NCBI GenBank assembly: GCA_964343715.1 | Contig: CAYFJZ010000006.1 | Coordinates: 96,425-160,424 of the forward strand | Length of the DNA stretch: 64,000 nt | Reading direction: 5' to 3' | Source of the DNA: an uncultured Candidatus Peribacteria bacterium | GTDB lineage: Bacteria > Patescibacteriota > Gracilibacteria > UBA4473 | Shown: positions 1 through 9,610 of the stretch, one piece after another | How positions within the stretch are numbered: position 1 is the stretch's first letter | Layout of the letters: the number at the start of each line of letters is the position of its first letter | Notes under the pieces: model-generated | Told to the model about the DNA's origin: nothing | The model's database searches: none | The model's input: only the letters and a program-made list of their open reading frames with translations | Program-made: the position numbers and the translations under genes

Positions 1-237
1 CCCGAAAGTCTCGACAAAGAATTCGTCCGAAGAATGTTGGTCGACAAAGGCATCGACATCCAGGCCGATACCGAAAACTACGACGGATCCAGTTTCCTCG
101 ATGACGAAATCAAAGTCGCCGCGGCCGAAAAATACATCCAGCTCTACGAAACTATGACGGGCGAAAAATTCGTCTTCCCCGAAAATATAAACGCGACCGA
201 AAGAATTGAGGAAACGCTGAAACAGTTAGTGGCGTAA
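1..237 (+). CDS. purC: C-terminal fragment of SAICAR synthase (5' end outside the window)
   Basis: Frame 1 is open from base 1 (PESLDKEFVRRML...). SLDKEFVR and YIQLYETMTGEKF resemble the DKQF(V/L)RDWL ... YIEAYE.LTG C-terminus of long ADE1-type PurC. Stop TAA at 235-237. Confidence 0.5.
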   Translation, partial: PESLDKEFVRRMLVDKGIDIQADTENYDGSSFLDDEIKVAAAEKYIQLYETMTGEKFVFPENINATERIEETLKQLVA

Positions 238-287
238 AGTTAGTTTGTTCCTAAGCTCCTGGTTGATAAGTTCACAAGTTCAATCAT

Positions 288-316
288 TCTCTACTCTTTG
301 TTCTTCACTCTTAACA
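288..316 (+). repeat. CTACTCTTTGTTCT-type low-complexity motif
   Basis: TCTCTACTCTTTGTTCTTCACTCTTAAC lies directly upstream of the SPFH start codon. Confidence 0.7.
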
Positions 317-326
317 CTCCCCCCTC

Positions 327-1079
327 ATGCTCTACCTCCCTTTCGCCATCCCCGTCCTCATCCTTCTCCTGGCCTCCATCAAGCAGGTCAACCAGTATCA
401 AAGAGGAGTCACTTTTACGCTGGGAAAGTTTTCCGGCATCAAGCAACCCGGGTGGCGAATTGTCATTCCGATTTTTCAGAGTCTGTGGAAAGTAGATATT
501 CGAACCAAAGCCGTTGATGTACCCGATCAAGAGGCGATCACCAAAGACAACATCCCCGTTCGAATCAACGCGGTAGTATACTATCGAATCGTTGATTCGG
601 CGAAATCTGTGCTGGAGGTCGAAAACTTCTTTTGGGCCGTCTCTCAGGTCGCGCAGACCAACATGCGAAACGCGGTAGGAGAAGAAACCCTCGATGAACT
701 CCTCCAAAATCGAGCCAAAGTGGCCGATCGCATCAAAAAAACCGTCGACAGCATCACCGACCCCTGGGGAATCGATATAGAAGACGTAGCGCTTAAAGAC
801 ATCATTATCCCCGAAGGGCTCAAGCGTACTATCTCAAAAGAAGCCGAAGCCGAACGAGAAAAACGAGCCGTCATCATCAAGGCCGAAGGAGACAAAATTG
901 CTTCGGTTAACCTCTCAGCCGCGGCCAAAACCCTCAACGAAACTCCCGGAGCCATGCATCTGCGAACGCTTCAGAGTATTAATGATTTGAGTTCTGATCA
1001 GTCCAATACCACCATCTGGATGATTCCTACCGAGGTCTTGGATGCGATTAAGGGGTATGGAGCGAAGATGAAAAAGTAA
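327..1079 (+). CDS. SPFH/band-7 (stomatin/prohibitin-like) membrane protein
   Basis: N-terminal TM helix followed by a typical band-7 core (QYQRGVTFTLGK, ITKDNIPVRINAVVYYRI, EAEREKRAVIIKAEG). Confidence 0.9.
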   Translation: MLYLPFAIPVLILLLASIKQVNQYQRGVTFTLGKFSGIKQPGWRIVIPIFQSLWKVDIRTKAVDVPDQEAITKDNIPVRINAVVYYRIVDSAKSVLEVENFFWAVSQVAQTNMRNAVGEETLDELLQNRAKVADRIKKTVDSITDPWGIDIEDVALKDIIIPEGLKRTISKEAEAEREKRAVIIKAEGDKIASVNLSAAAKTLNETPGAMHLRTLQSINDLSSDQSNTTIWMIPTEVLDAIKGYGAKMKK

Positions 1080-1105
1080 GAGTACTCCCCAAGATTATAT
1101 AATGC

Positions 1106-1299
1106 GTCATCCCGAATCTGCTGCGGTTTTTCTTTAAATCAGCGACAAAATGAGGGATCCTCGAAATATTAAATGAGAAAAAACACAAAAGAAGTGACAA
1201 GATAAGCAACACTTTCTTCAGTTCTTATCTCATGAAACAAAAGGAAGATTTCTCGTGTTATGTTTATTTGCTTCGGGGAGGTCCGTGACTCGAAATGAC
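1106..1299. repeat. REPIN/MITE-like inverted-repeat element, copy 1 (194 bp)
   Basis: Termini GTCATCCCGAAT ... ACTCGAAATGAC. Inner boxes ATGAGGGATCCTCG (1150-1163) and GGAAGATTTCTCG (1243-1255). Confidence 0.75.
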
Positions 1300-1403
1300 G
1301 ATTTTTATGAACTATTCAATTCAGACCCCTAGTTCATTATTTGCCTTGCCAAAAACCTCTTACCTATGCTATAATCAAGAGATTTAATCAAAAACAAAAC
1401 CCA

Positions 1404-2678
1404 ATGGTCGCTGATTTTTCTCTCACTCATCCGCTCTTTGAGCTTTTGATCGCCATGTTTTTGGGCGCCTTTTTGGGGATTCGACGAGAAATGCGAGCCA
1501 TCGAAAGTGCCAAAGAAAGGAGCTTTATGGGGGTGCGAACCATGACCATGTTGTGTGCCATGGGGACGATTTCAACTTTTTTCCCTGACTATCAGTACCT
1601 CCCACTGATAATTTTTGGAGGAATTCTTTCGCTGGTTGTAATTGCCTATTCTCATGGGAGTTTCGCCATGAAGAGGATTGGGATAACCACCGAACTTTCA
1701 GCAATGCTGACCTATTGGATTGGTGTGTTAGTCGGAGTCGGGGAACCGGTCATGGCCATTGTTTTGACGATCTTTTTGGCCAGTCTCAACGCGTTCAAAG
1801 ACAAGCTCCACGGGTTTGTTCAGACCCTCAACGAAGAAGAATGGATCGGATCGTTTCAGCTGTTGGCACTTTCGGGAGCGATTTTACCCTTCCTGCCTCG
1901 GACTCCCATCGATCCCTGGGGCGTGCTGATTCCTTTCAATATCTGGCTTTTGGTGATGCTGATTTCGGGAATTGGATTTGTGGGGTACTTCCTCATCAAA
2001 TATTTCGGCGCCCGAGGAGGCGTGCCCCTGACCGGGTTTTTAGGATCTCTAATCTCCAGTACCGCCGTAACCACCTCTATGGCCGCTCAGTCTGCCAAAA
2101 TAAGGCTCTCCAGTATCTTTGCCGTGGGAATCCTGATCGGCCTGGCGACCATGCAGGTCCGAGTGTTAGTAGAAATCCTGCTGCTGGGAACCAAAGAAAT
2201 CATCGAACAGCTGGTCTGGATTCCGATCTCTATGGCGATTGCCGGAGCGATTTTGGCGCTCTACCTGTTTAAACGCAGCGACGAAAAGCTCCGATTCTGG
2301 GAAACGCATCCCGACATAAAAATCGACAGCCCTTTTGAAATCAAACCCGCGCTGCAATTTGGAGCGATCTTTGTCATCGTCCTTTTGGCGGTGGTCTTCG
2401 GAAAAAAATACTTCGGAGAATCCGGGGTCTACATGGCCGCCATGTTTTCCGGGATTATCGACGTCGATGCGATCGTGCTTTCTACCCTCGAATCAGCCAA
2501 ACTAGGGGAGTTCTCCTCTCAAGTCGCCGCCAACTCCATCGCCATTGCGCTTTTTACCAACACAATCATCAAGATTTTGTACGTAGGATTTCTCGGATCG
2601 AAAAAACTCCTCAAAAAAGTCGCCATTTCGGTCGCGATAGTGACGGCGGTGGGAGTGGCGACGATGATGTTGGTGTAG
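1404..2678 (+). CDS. MgtC/SapB-family membrane protein with DUF4010-like C-terminal region
   Basis: Polytopic membrane ORF. The N-terminus LLIAMFLGAFLGIRRE ... GVRTM matches the MgtC motif. ATG at 1404 is preferred over the TTG at 1341. Confidence 0.75.
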   Translation: MVADFSLTHPLFELLIAMFLGAFLGIRREMRAIESAKERSFMGVRTMTMLCAMGTISTFFPDYQYLPLIIFGGILSLVVIAYSHGSFAMKRIGITTELSAMLTYWIGVLVGVGEPVMAIVLTIFLASLNAFKDKLHGFVQTLNEEEWIGSFQLLALSGAILPFLPRTPIDPWGVLIPFNIWLLVMLISGIGFVGYFLIKYFGARGGVPLTGFLGSLISSTAVTTSMAAQSAKIRLSSIFAVGILIGLATMQVRVLVEILLLGTKEIIEQLVWIPISMAIAGAILALYLFKRSDEKLRFWETHPDIKIDSPFEIKPALQFGAIFVIVLLAVVFGKKYFGESGVYMAAMFSGIIDVDAIVLSTLESAKLGEFSSQVAANSIAIALFTNTIIKILYVGFLGSKKLLKKVAISVAIVTAVGVATMMLV

Positions 2679-2839
2679 CAAAAAAACGTCACTTGTTGTG
2701 GCTATTCCTCTCCGTCTCACATTGACACTGCAGAAAGCAGGGATTGCTTTACTTTACTTGGAAATATTCCACAAAAACAAAACCTTGCCTTTTCCCCGCA
2801 AAACCTTATGCTCCCGTGGATTTAGCTAATCTTTTTCTC

Positions 2840-3319
2840 ATGTCGACTTCCGATCAAAAAGTCCTCGTCACCAAAGCGGGGCTCAAAAAACTTCAAGAAG
2901 AGCTTGAAGAACTGCAGACCAAAGGCCGTAAAGAAGTGGCCAAAAGACTTGCCGAAGCGATCTCTTATGGAGACCTTTCGGAAAACTCAGAATACGACGA
3001 AGCCAAAAACCAACAGGCCTTTATCGAAGGACGAATTGCCGAACTCGAAGAACAGATCAAAAACGCCGAGATTATCTCAGATTCCAAAGCCCAAACCGGG
3101 GTCATTCAGATTGGATCTACGGTAAAACTCAAACGAAAAGGCGAAAAAGATTCGCACGAATACATGATTGTCGGATCCACCGAAGCCGACCCCACCATGC
3201 ACCGAATTTCCAATGAATCACCGGTTGGATCAGCTATTCTGGGAAAAAAGAAGAAAGAAAAGGTAGAAGTGGCCGCTCCAGGAGGAAAATTTGAGTATGA
3301 GATTTTGGCGGTAGCGTAG
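2840..3319 (+). CDS. greA: Transcription elongation factor GreA
   Basis: Coiled-coil N-terminus (LVTKAGLKKLQEELEELQ ... GDLSENSEYDEAK) and C-terminal globular domain (ISNESPVGSAILGKK). ATG at 2840 gives the typical 159 aa. Confidence 0.9.
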   Translation: MSTSDQKVLVTKAGLKKLQEELEELQTKGRKEVAKRLAEAISYGDLSENSEYDEAKNQQAFIEGRIAELEEQIKNAEIISDSKAQTGVIQIGSTVKLKRKGEKDSHEYMIVGSTEADPTMHRISNESPVGSAILGKKKKEKVEVAAPGGKFEYEILAVA

Positions 3320-3335
3320 TAAATAAAAAATCATT

Positions 3336-3436
3336 AGAAGGAATAAAGAAGTAAGAATGAGGAATTAGGGACTCCAAGAGGTAAATTAAACGGTTTGTTT
3401 ACCCCTTATTCCTAATTCCTTATTCCTCATTCTCCC
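3336..3436 (-). repeat. ~100-bp inverted-repeat element (copy 1; reverse orientation relative to 22567-22662)
   Basis: Its reverse complement (GAGAATGAGGAATAAGG...AATAAGGGGTAAACAAACCGTTTAATTTACCTCTTGGAGTCCCTAATTCC...CTTCTTTATTCC) aligns over ~95 nt with 22567-22662. Confidence 0.75.
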
Positions 3437-3445
3437 GAAAATACA

Positions 3446-4453
3446 ATGAGCCTCCACACGCCCATGGTTTTCTACCACCTCCTCATCGGCACCACCCTCT
3501 CGATTCTCCTCACCTGGGGCGCTCTTCGGATTTTTCCCAAAATGGGACTCCTCGACTTTCCACACCGGTACCAGCTCAAGCGTCCTCGGCTGCCCTATCC
3601 TGGAGGGCTTATTTTCGCGCTTTGTGCGGTGGGTTTTTGTGCGCTCAACGAACACTTTCGAGTTTTGGTCCCAGCGTTGCTGGTGTTGGGGGGCATCAGT
3701 TTTATCGACGATCGCCATCCCATCAGTCCTTTTATTCGACTACTATTACAGCTCAACATTGCTTCTTATGTCTACTGGAGCGGTATCCAGATCGATTTTA
3801 TCGGCAATCCCTTCCGCGAAACCAACTTCGAGCTGGGGGCTTATCCGGTCATTTCTTTTTGGCTTACTATTATCTGGATTGTGGTGGTCCAAAACGCCCT
3901 CAACTGGTTCGATGGTCTGAAGGGCCTGGCGCCGGGCGTAAGCGGAGTGGGGTTTTTGACCCTGGGAATTTTGGGGCTGGTTCGCCCCGAGCTCTTTTTT
4001 GATCCGGCTCATCAGCACCTCACCCTTGCCAATTTCTTTTTTGCCGGAGCCACTCTGGGGGGATGGTGGTGGTTTTGGAAGGGCAAAATCATCCTGGGCG
4101 ACACCGGATCGCAGGTTTTGGGATTTTTGCTGGCGGTCATGTCGATTTTTTCCGGCGCCAAGATCGGAACCACCATCATCGTCCTCGGACTCCCACTGCT
4201 CGACGCGGTGTTTGTGGTGTTTCGAAGAGTCTTTAAAGACAAAAAATCACCCTTTTCCGGTGACCTTTTTCACCTCCACCACAACCTGGCCCGAAAAATG
4301 GGAGAGTCCAAAGCCAGTGTTTTACTCGTGGGGATTTCAGCCGGCCTTGGAGCCGGAGCAGTGTTTCTCACTGGCATCAGCAAACTGCTAGCTTTGATTG
4401 TAGTAAGTTTTTTGGTGCTAGAACTTTGCCGAGCCGTGGGGCAGAAGTCGTGA
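3446..4453 (+). CDS. Glycosyltransferase family 4 (MraY/WecA-like) polyprenyl-phosphate sugar-phosphate transferase
   Basis: About 10 TM segments. Motifs IDDRHPISP, NALNWFDGLKGLA and GDTGSQVLGF are typical of the MraY/WecA family. Confidence 0.85.
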   Translation: MSLHTPMVFYHLLIGTTLSILLTWGALRIFPKMGLLDFPHRYQLKRPRLPYPGGLIFALCAVGFCALNEHFRVLVPALLVLGGISFIDDRHPISPFIRLLLQLNIASYVYWSGIQIDFIGNPFRETNFELGAYPVISFWLTIIWIVVVQNALNWFDGLKGLAPGVSGVGFLTLGILGLVRPELFFDPAHQHLTLANFFFAGATLGGWWWFWKGKIILGDTGSQVLGFLLAVMSIFSGAKIGTTIIVLGLPLLDAVFVVFRRVFKDKKSPFSGDLFHLHHNLARKMGESKASVLLVGISAGLGAGAVFLTGISKLLALIVVSFLVLELCRAVGQKS

Positions 4454-4571
4454 TCCAAGTTTGAGAGAAAAGAATCAAACTCAATGATGTCAGGTTCAAC
4501 GATAAGTGAATATTTTGTGTTGAGGTGAAATTGGGGTTGACGATTTCCAGGGAAAGATTAATAAGGATGAA

Positions 4572-5087
4572 ATGGAAAGAACCCCAGACTGCCTCCAGCT
4601 TACGCGTCCTCAGTTGCTCATGGGAGCTCTTTCGGTCACCGTCTTTCTTTTTCTTTCGGACGTGTGTAATCGCGTAGAAGCGGCCACAAAACCTGTAACG
4701 AGTAAGGATGGGGTTTCGTTTAGAGTCATGGGGGTTGAACAGCTGTTTGAATACGACAAGAAAGGAAGGATCAAATGTTCTTTTCCCGCCGGAAGAGAAT
4801 TTTTGGATCAAGTCCTCCAAGACCCTCAAAAACTAAAAGCGCTCTACGATAAATTAGTGTCAAAAGAAGATGCAGCCCTCAGCTCCTTCCAAAAGTGGGC
4901 GCTAAAAGGGGTAGGAAATTCTGAAAAAGGAAAGAAATTGTTTCGAGACGGCATGAAAGACCCAAAAAGAAGAGCCAAGTATGTAGGCTACATTAAAAAG
5001 TGCAAAGGAGATGGAGTGATAGATAATTCTGAGGTTCAGATTCGACCTATGTCGCTCGAAGAGTGGAAGGCTCAAAACCACCAATAA
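4572..5087 (+). CDS. Hypothetical protein with N-terminal TM/signal anchor
   Basis: 171-aa ORF with a hydrophobic N-terminus (LLMGALSVTVFLFLS) and a Lys-rich C-terminus. No recognisable domain. Confidence 0.5.
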   Translation: MERTPDCLQLTRPQLLMGALSVTVFLFLSDVCNRVEAATKPVTSKDGVSFRVMGVEQLFEYDKKGRIKCSFPAGREFLDQVLQDPQKLKALYDKLVSKEDAALSSFQKWALKGVGNSEKGKKLFRDGMKDPKRRAKYVGYIKKCKGDGVIDNSEVQIRPMSLEEWKAQNHQ

Positions 5088-5234
5088 GAAATCCTCCAGG
5101 AGAGACCATAAAAACCTTTGCTTCTGCTTGGTTCTTGTTTGTATTTGCCAAAGAGAAGGAATTCTTGAGAAAATCTTCCCGTAAGTCTAAGAGAAGGTGC
5201 GCGAAGATCTTTTTGGGAAGAAGAACTCCAGGAA

Positions 5235-5257
5235 GGAGCAGGGTTGTACCCTGCTTC
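5235..5257. repeat. REP-like hairpin GGAGCAGGGTTGTACCCTGCTTC
   Basis: 9-bp stem AGCAGGG../..CCCTGCT. Lies between convergent genes. Confidence 0.8.
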
Positions 5258-5313
5258 ACATGTTTCAGCCTTTCAATAAGCACCAAAGAGAGGGGGCAAC
5301 AAGGAGAAAAAAA

Positions 5314-7197
5314 TCAAAAAGAGGCCACTTTTGAAAGCGTAGAGCCAGCCCCCTCTCTCACAAAAACCGGAAACTCCACCCGATCTCTCTGCCCACTCCC
5401 ATCAATCACCTCCAACACAATATCTTTTCGCCCGGGGGTCAGAAACCGTTTTGAAATCTGAGAATTCGCAGAGGTATATTTGGCCAGTCCACGCGTGTCT
5501 TCGGGGAAATGCCAGACATACTGAAGCATATGGCCCTGACTGCCTTTGGCATCAAACCGAAAAGAAGTCTTGTTCACCGTTCCAAATTTGTCCGATACCA
5601 CCACCCGTGCTTTGGGCGAGGGGAAGGGAGAAACCAACACTTCTTTCGAGAAGGTTTTCACCTCGCCACTTTTGTCTCGGACCTGGATAACCACCGGATA
5701 CGTTCCGGGGGTGTCAAAACGGCCCGTATAAATACGGTGCCCTCGAAAATCCGTTTCCCAGATCCCATCACCGTTGGTGTCCCAGCGCATTTGCAGTTGG
5801 CCCTGAGGTGTTTGCGCGTCATACACTTCGGCCGTAAGCGTTACTTTGTCTCGGGGATAAATGGTCTTGGGTTTCACCACAATTCGGCCAGTGGGAGCGG
5901 TGTTATTTTCCACCCACACCATCTTTTTTGAGCTCGCCATCTGCGACAGGGCATTCATTCGATCGGTCAGGATTTCAACCCGGGGGGTAAACTTTCCAGC
6001 CCTCGAAAACGTATACCGAGCCCAAGGCGCCACCGAAAAGGGCGTATCAAAGATTCCATCACCTTCAAAATCCCATCGATATTGGGTTTTTCCACTCAGT
6101 TGACCTCGATGAGGAACAGAAGCATGAAATCGCAACTCATCTCCAACCACCGCCCAGACAAGAGGTTTTTGTCCGCCCCCGCTTCCGGGATGAGAATGGT
6201 TGGTGATTCTGATTTCAGGAGCCACCTGAATCCGGCGAGGTTTGATCTGAAATTGGATTTCGGTGTCTCGACACTCGGGTTTGGATCGACGATAGCACGA
6301 CCGAGCCAAGACCCGATGAGTCCCTGGGGAATCAAAAGCATATTCCACCTTTTTTCCCGTTTTGCGGTCCTGTCCATCAAAAAGCCATTCAATCCAGCCG
6401 TCTTGAGCCAGAGGACTTTTGTGAGCGTCAAAACGAACAATAGTGCCCTCATACAGAGAGGAGGCCGAAGGAGAATGATCTACTACCGGTGGCACCAGGG
6501 CCGAATGGGTCAGATTAACTCGATTCCAACGGTTGGAGGGAATATGGCTTCGGCCACGTGAATTCTGAACCGGAACCATCTGAAGTCCCCGAATAGTCTG
6601 CTCCCAGCCTTCGGGCCAGCGAATCTGAACCACGGGATTCAGGCGTCCAGGGGCCGAATAGATATGCGAAACCAGCTTTGATTTATTGAATCCCGTATCA
6701 AAAGTGCCGTCTCCCTCAAAGTCCCATCGCACGAGTACCTTTTCGGGGTCCTCAGAAGATGGAACAATCAGTTTGAGTCGAAAGTAAACCGGCTTCCCCA
6801 CGGCAGAATGAGGGTTGATCACCTCAATGCGAGCATAACGTGGACTGTGCTCGCGCACTTTATACGTTCGATAAGTCGTCGAGGTTCGTCCATCTTGGTC
6901 ACGAACCTGTAGCAAAGCCTTAAAAGAGCCCATTCTTCGCGGCACATAGCTCAGTTGTGAGCGGTGTGAGTATTCCGTCCATTTTTCATCCGGATGCACC
7001 CGAAAACGGTATTTTAGTCCGGTTTTTTGGCCTCGGGTATTTCGAGAATCATCCGCCAAAAAAACAATCGGCTGATCCATCACCCCCACACTCGGCTGAA
7101 TGGACAAATTCGCACTCGGCAGGGTCGAAGCCCACACAAAAGCGGGAAAAAGGCAAAAAAGTATGGTCAAAAATCGCATTTTCAGGATAATATTCAT
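5314..7197 (-). CDS. Secreted protein with about six PKD-like repeats
   Basis: Signal peptide (FLTILFCLFPAFVWAS). The motif recurs about every 95-100 aa: WDFEGDGTFDT, RWDFEGDGIFDTPF, RWDTNGDGIWETDF. Confidence 0.8.
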   Translation of the reverse strand: MNIILKMRFLTILFCLFPAFVWASTLPSANLSIQPSVGVMDQPIVFLADDSRNTRGQKTGLKYRFRVHPDEKWTEYSHRSQLSYVPRRMGSFKALLQVRDQDGRTSTTYRTYKVREHSPRYARIEVINPHSAVGKPVYFRLKLIVPSSEDPEKVLVRWDFEGDGTFDTGFNKSKLVSHIYSAPGRLNPVVQIRWPEGWEQTIRGLQMVPVQNSRGRSHIPSNRWNRVNLTHSALVPPVVDHSPSASSLYEGTIVRFDAHKSPLAQDGWIEWLFDGQDRKTGKKVEYAFDSPGTHRVLARSCYRRSKPECRDTEIQFQIKPRRIQVAPEIRITNHSHPGSGGGQKPLVWAVVGDELRFHASVPHRGQLSGKTQYRWDFEGDGIFDTPFSVAPWARYTFSRAGKFTPRVEILTDRMNALSQMASSKKMVWVENNTAPTGRIVVKPKTIYPRDKVTLTAEVYDAQTPQGQLQMRWDTNGDGIWETDFRGHRIYTGRFDTPGTYPVVIQVRDKSGEVKTFSKEVLVSPFPSPKARVVVSDKFGTVNKTSFRFDAKGSQGHMLQYVWHFPEDTRGLAKYTSANSQISKRFLTPGRKDIVLEVIDGSGQRDRVEFPVFVREGAGSTLSKVASF

Positions 7198-7321
7198 ACA
7201 TTCTTTTAGTATATTTTTGACAAAAAGTCAAATTAAATATATAAAAGAAAGTACTGATGCCTCGAAGTGATTGTTTTTGCTCGTGGCTCGCTCTAAAACA
7301 AGACGGAGGGAGGAGAACCTC

Positions 7322-7546
7322 ATGAAGATCTGGATGGAGAATCAACTCAGTAAAAGTGGGTTTTATGTCCTGGTCTGGACCCTGTGGGCGGTGGCTTTTG
7401 TGGCAAGTTGTTGGCTTGAAATATTCATCATGATTACCTGCTGGGCAACACTGTATGCACTTTTGATGCCTATACTGTGGCTCAAGTCTACCTATTGCCC
7501 AGACGCCTATCTACAGGCAAAACTAAAAGCCCCTATAACGGTCTGA
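7322..7546 (+). CDS. Small hypothetical membrane protein
   Basis: 74 aa from the ATG at 7322 with two hydrophobic helices. Followed by a terminator hairpin at 7588-7627. Confidence 0.35.
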   Translation: MKIWMENQLSKSGFYVLVWTLWAVAFVASCWLEIFIMITCWATLYALLMPILWLKSTYCPDAYLQAKLKAPITV

Positions 7547-7587
7547 CGTCCAAACCCCCAATCCATGGGGGAGCTCCCCCCACCGCC

Positions 7588-7627
7588 TTCCCCGGCTACT
7601 ACGGTAGCCGGGGAAAGACTTATTTTT
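7588..7627 (+). terminator. Intrinsic terminator
   Basis: 12-bp stem TTCCCCGGCTAC/GTAGCCGGGGAA followed by a T-rich tail. Confidence 0.7.
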
Positions 7628-7630
7628 GAT

Positions 7631-7666
7631 AAAAAAACCGCGCCCCCAGAAAGCCGGGACGCGGCG
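7631..7666 (-). terminator. Intrinsic terminator for 7688-8566
   Basis: The minus strand reads CCGCGTCCC...GGGGGCGCGG followed by TTTTTTT. Confidence 0.7.
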
Positions 7667-7687
7667 TGATTTCATCATTCCCGATAA

Positions 7688-8566
7688 CTAGTGAATCACT
7701 CTCCATAGAAAGGCAGCGATTATGCTTCCCCCGATGAAAAACCAGACGAGATTACGGTAGATGGACATGAATATCGAACGCCAGAAAGCCTTTCGAAGAG
7801 AGGATTTCCAGGACAGCGGGTAGATGGAAAGAGAAAGGGCCCATGGGCCTTCATGCTTTTTACTGAACTCCTGAGCCCGTTTTATGAGGGTCCGCAGAAA
7901 CTGATGAACCTCTGTTGGCGGAAGCTCAGGAAGGGAGCTCAGGCTCAAGTCGAAGAAACAATATTCATGACCTAAGATCAGAAGTTTGATAGAGAAGGGA
8001 TCTCTGGATAGATCGACCCGAAAACCAGAACCACAAGAAAGATGGCGTAGGTAATAAACGCGTTTTTTTTCTGTGAGGTGTCGTTTTAGGCCACAGACCA
8101 AAGCCCTTCTGAGGTCTCCCAGCTGGGCAGGGGTGAGTAGCGCCAGGGCATGGGAAGCATCCAGGAGTTTTTCGCGATCGCCTGGCTCTTTTTCCCAAAA
8201 GAAGCAATCCGGCCGATTGCCTTCTGCAAGAAATCCCTCCATTTTTTGGGCAATCTGTTTCAGGAGCGTCTGCAGATCCTGCTTCCTATTCCAATCATCA
8301 GGCAAGCCCAAAACTCGTTGATCCTCAATCGTGAACTTCTGGCCACAGATGTTGAAAACGGTGGTGTTCTGCGAGGAACGAGTTGGGGAACGGAGAGGGT
8401 CATCGGTTTGATTGCAGCGAGTATGACGAATCATCCATACTTGCCCATCGGTGAGTGATCGACGATAGAGAAGCTCAGTGGTAGTTTCCTTGGCCAGGCA
8501 CAAGCCGGCCAAAAGCGCGGTTTCGATTTGTAAGAGAAATAGATCATATTCGGTCATTTGGACCAT
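7688..8566 (-). CDS. Hypothetical C-terminally anchored protein (paralogue of 10134-10991)
   Basis: Shares ALLAGL...LLYRRSLTDGQVWMIRH and GHEYCFFDLSLSSLPELPP...LIKRAQEF blocks with the 10134 ORF. C-terminal TM helix. ATG at 8566 was chosen by alignment with the paralogue. Confidence 0.7.
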   Translation of the reverse strand: MVQMTEYDLFLLQIETALLAGLCLAKETTTELLYRRSLTDGQVWMIRHTRCNQTDDPLRSPTRSSQNTTVFNICGQKFTIEDQRVLGLPDDWNRKQDLQTLLKQIAQKMEGFLAEGNRPDCFFWEKEPGDREKLLDASHALALLTPAQLGDLRRALVCGLKRHLTEKKRVYYLRHLSCGSGFRVDLSRDPFSIKLLILGHEYCFFDLSLSSLPELPPTEVHQFLRTLIKRAQEFSKKHEGPWALSLSIYPLSWKSSLRKAFWRSIFMSIYRNLVWFFIGGSIIAAFLWRVIH

Positions 8567-8911
8567 GACGTTTACTCCGTAGCGTAGAGGGAATGATGAA
8601 TAATAAGCTAAAAACAAGACTTAAAAATAAGTTTGTATCAGCAATGAACGTAAAAGAATTTGCGCATAATAATAAAAAGTGGTAAAAAGTCAATTCAGGG
8701 AGGCCGGTTTCGTTCCTCAAAGAATAGACAAAACCCAAAAAAGCAATAAATCTAAGATCGTTCTTTTTCATTCCGTTTCATAGCAAAGAGCCATGTGCCC
8801 TCCGTAAGTTTTTTCACTCAAACCCAATAGGGAAGAAGGAGCAAACTTCAGCATTGATTGACTCATTAAAATGAGAAGAGGGCAGGTTCCCTCTTTGTTA
8901 TAAACCAGATC

Positions 8912-9427
8912 TTGCACCAAATCACCAGGAGAGCGAACGTGTCCGATACTGATACCGATAAACCCGTAACCCGAGAAGAATTCGAAGCCGCCCAGGAAGA
9001 AATTAAACGGCTAAAAGCATTGCTCGAAGAGCATCTGCGCGTAGAAAAACCTCCCAAAAACCCCGCGGGAGGAAATTTGTTCCTCCGGCTTGGCCCCGCC
9101 TTTAAATACGCCGCCAATGGGATACTGGAGGGATGGAACGATCGAGCCGCCTTCTTTTCCGAAGCAGTAGTAGGAGGCTTGCTACACATTTTAGCCTTCG
9201 CTATGGGAAGCCCCTTCGAAGTGCATTGGTTCCTTTTTGTCGGGACATCAGCCGTACTTTCGATGGAGCTGAGCAACACCGGGCTTGAATCCGTAGTTGA
9301 TTATCAGAAGAAAGTCCACCCACTTCTAAAAAGGGCCAAAGACACAGCCTCCGGTGCCGTTTTGCTTAAAATTATCCCCTGGATGGGGACCAATTGCTGG
9401 TTGTTATTCGTCTTTGAAAAAAGCTAA
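8912..9427 (+). CDS. dgkA: DgkA-family lipid kinase (diacylglycerol/undecaprenol kinase-like) with N-terminal coiled-coil extension
   Basis: The C-terminal 120 aa match the DgkA pattern (AANGILEGWNDRAAF, SMELSNTGLESVVDY, LLKRAKDTASGAVLL). The start is uncertain; only a TTG at 8912 opens the ORF. Confidence 0.7.
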   Translation: MHQITRRANVSDTDTDKPVTREEFEAAQEEIKRLKALLEEHLRVEKPPKNPAGGNLFLRLGPAFKYAANGILEGWNDRAAFFSEAVVGGLLHILAFAMGSPFEVHWFLFVGTSAVLSMELSNTGLESVVDYQKKVHPLLKRAKDTASGAVLLKIIPWMGTNCWLLFVFEKS

Positions 9428-9447
9428 AAGGGAACCTTATCATTTCC

Positions 9448-9483
9448 ACCCCGTTCGGCGTCCTGCGCCGAACGGGTTTTTTT
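9448..9483 (+). terminator. Intrinsic terminator after the dgkA-like gene
   Basis: 11-bp stem CCCGTTCGGCG/CGCCGAACGGG plus T8. Confidence 0.85.
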
Positions 9484-9610
9484 ATAGAGGGCCGAGAGTT
9501 GAAAAATCAGGTCACGATGTTAGCCTGAAGATACATCTTGTTTTCAAGGGCCAAAAGACGGTCTTTTGGCACCTTCTCACAGATCTTTAACGATGATGGA
9601 GGCGTGAAAA

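Noticed and set aside
291-2272. Long antisense or out-of-frame ORFs in the track (e.g. 291-707 minus, 644-955 minus, 1715-2272 plus; similarly 11401-11934, 25057-25578, 42868-43380, 53879-54271)
   Set aside because: They lie entirely inside strongly supported genes on the other strand or frame. Their compositions are Arg/Ser/Pro-rich or otherwise shadow-like, and they lack start-site signals.
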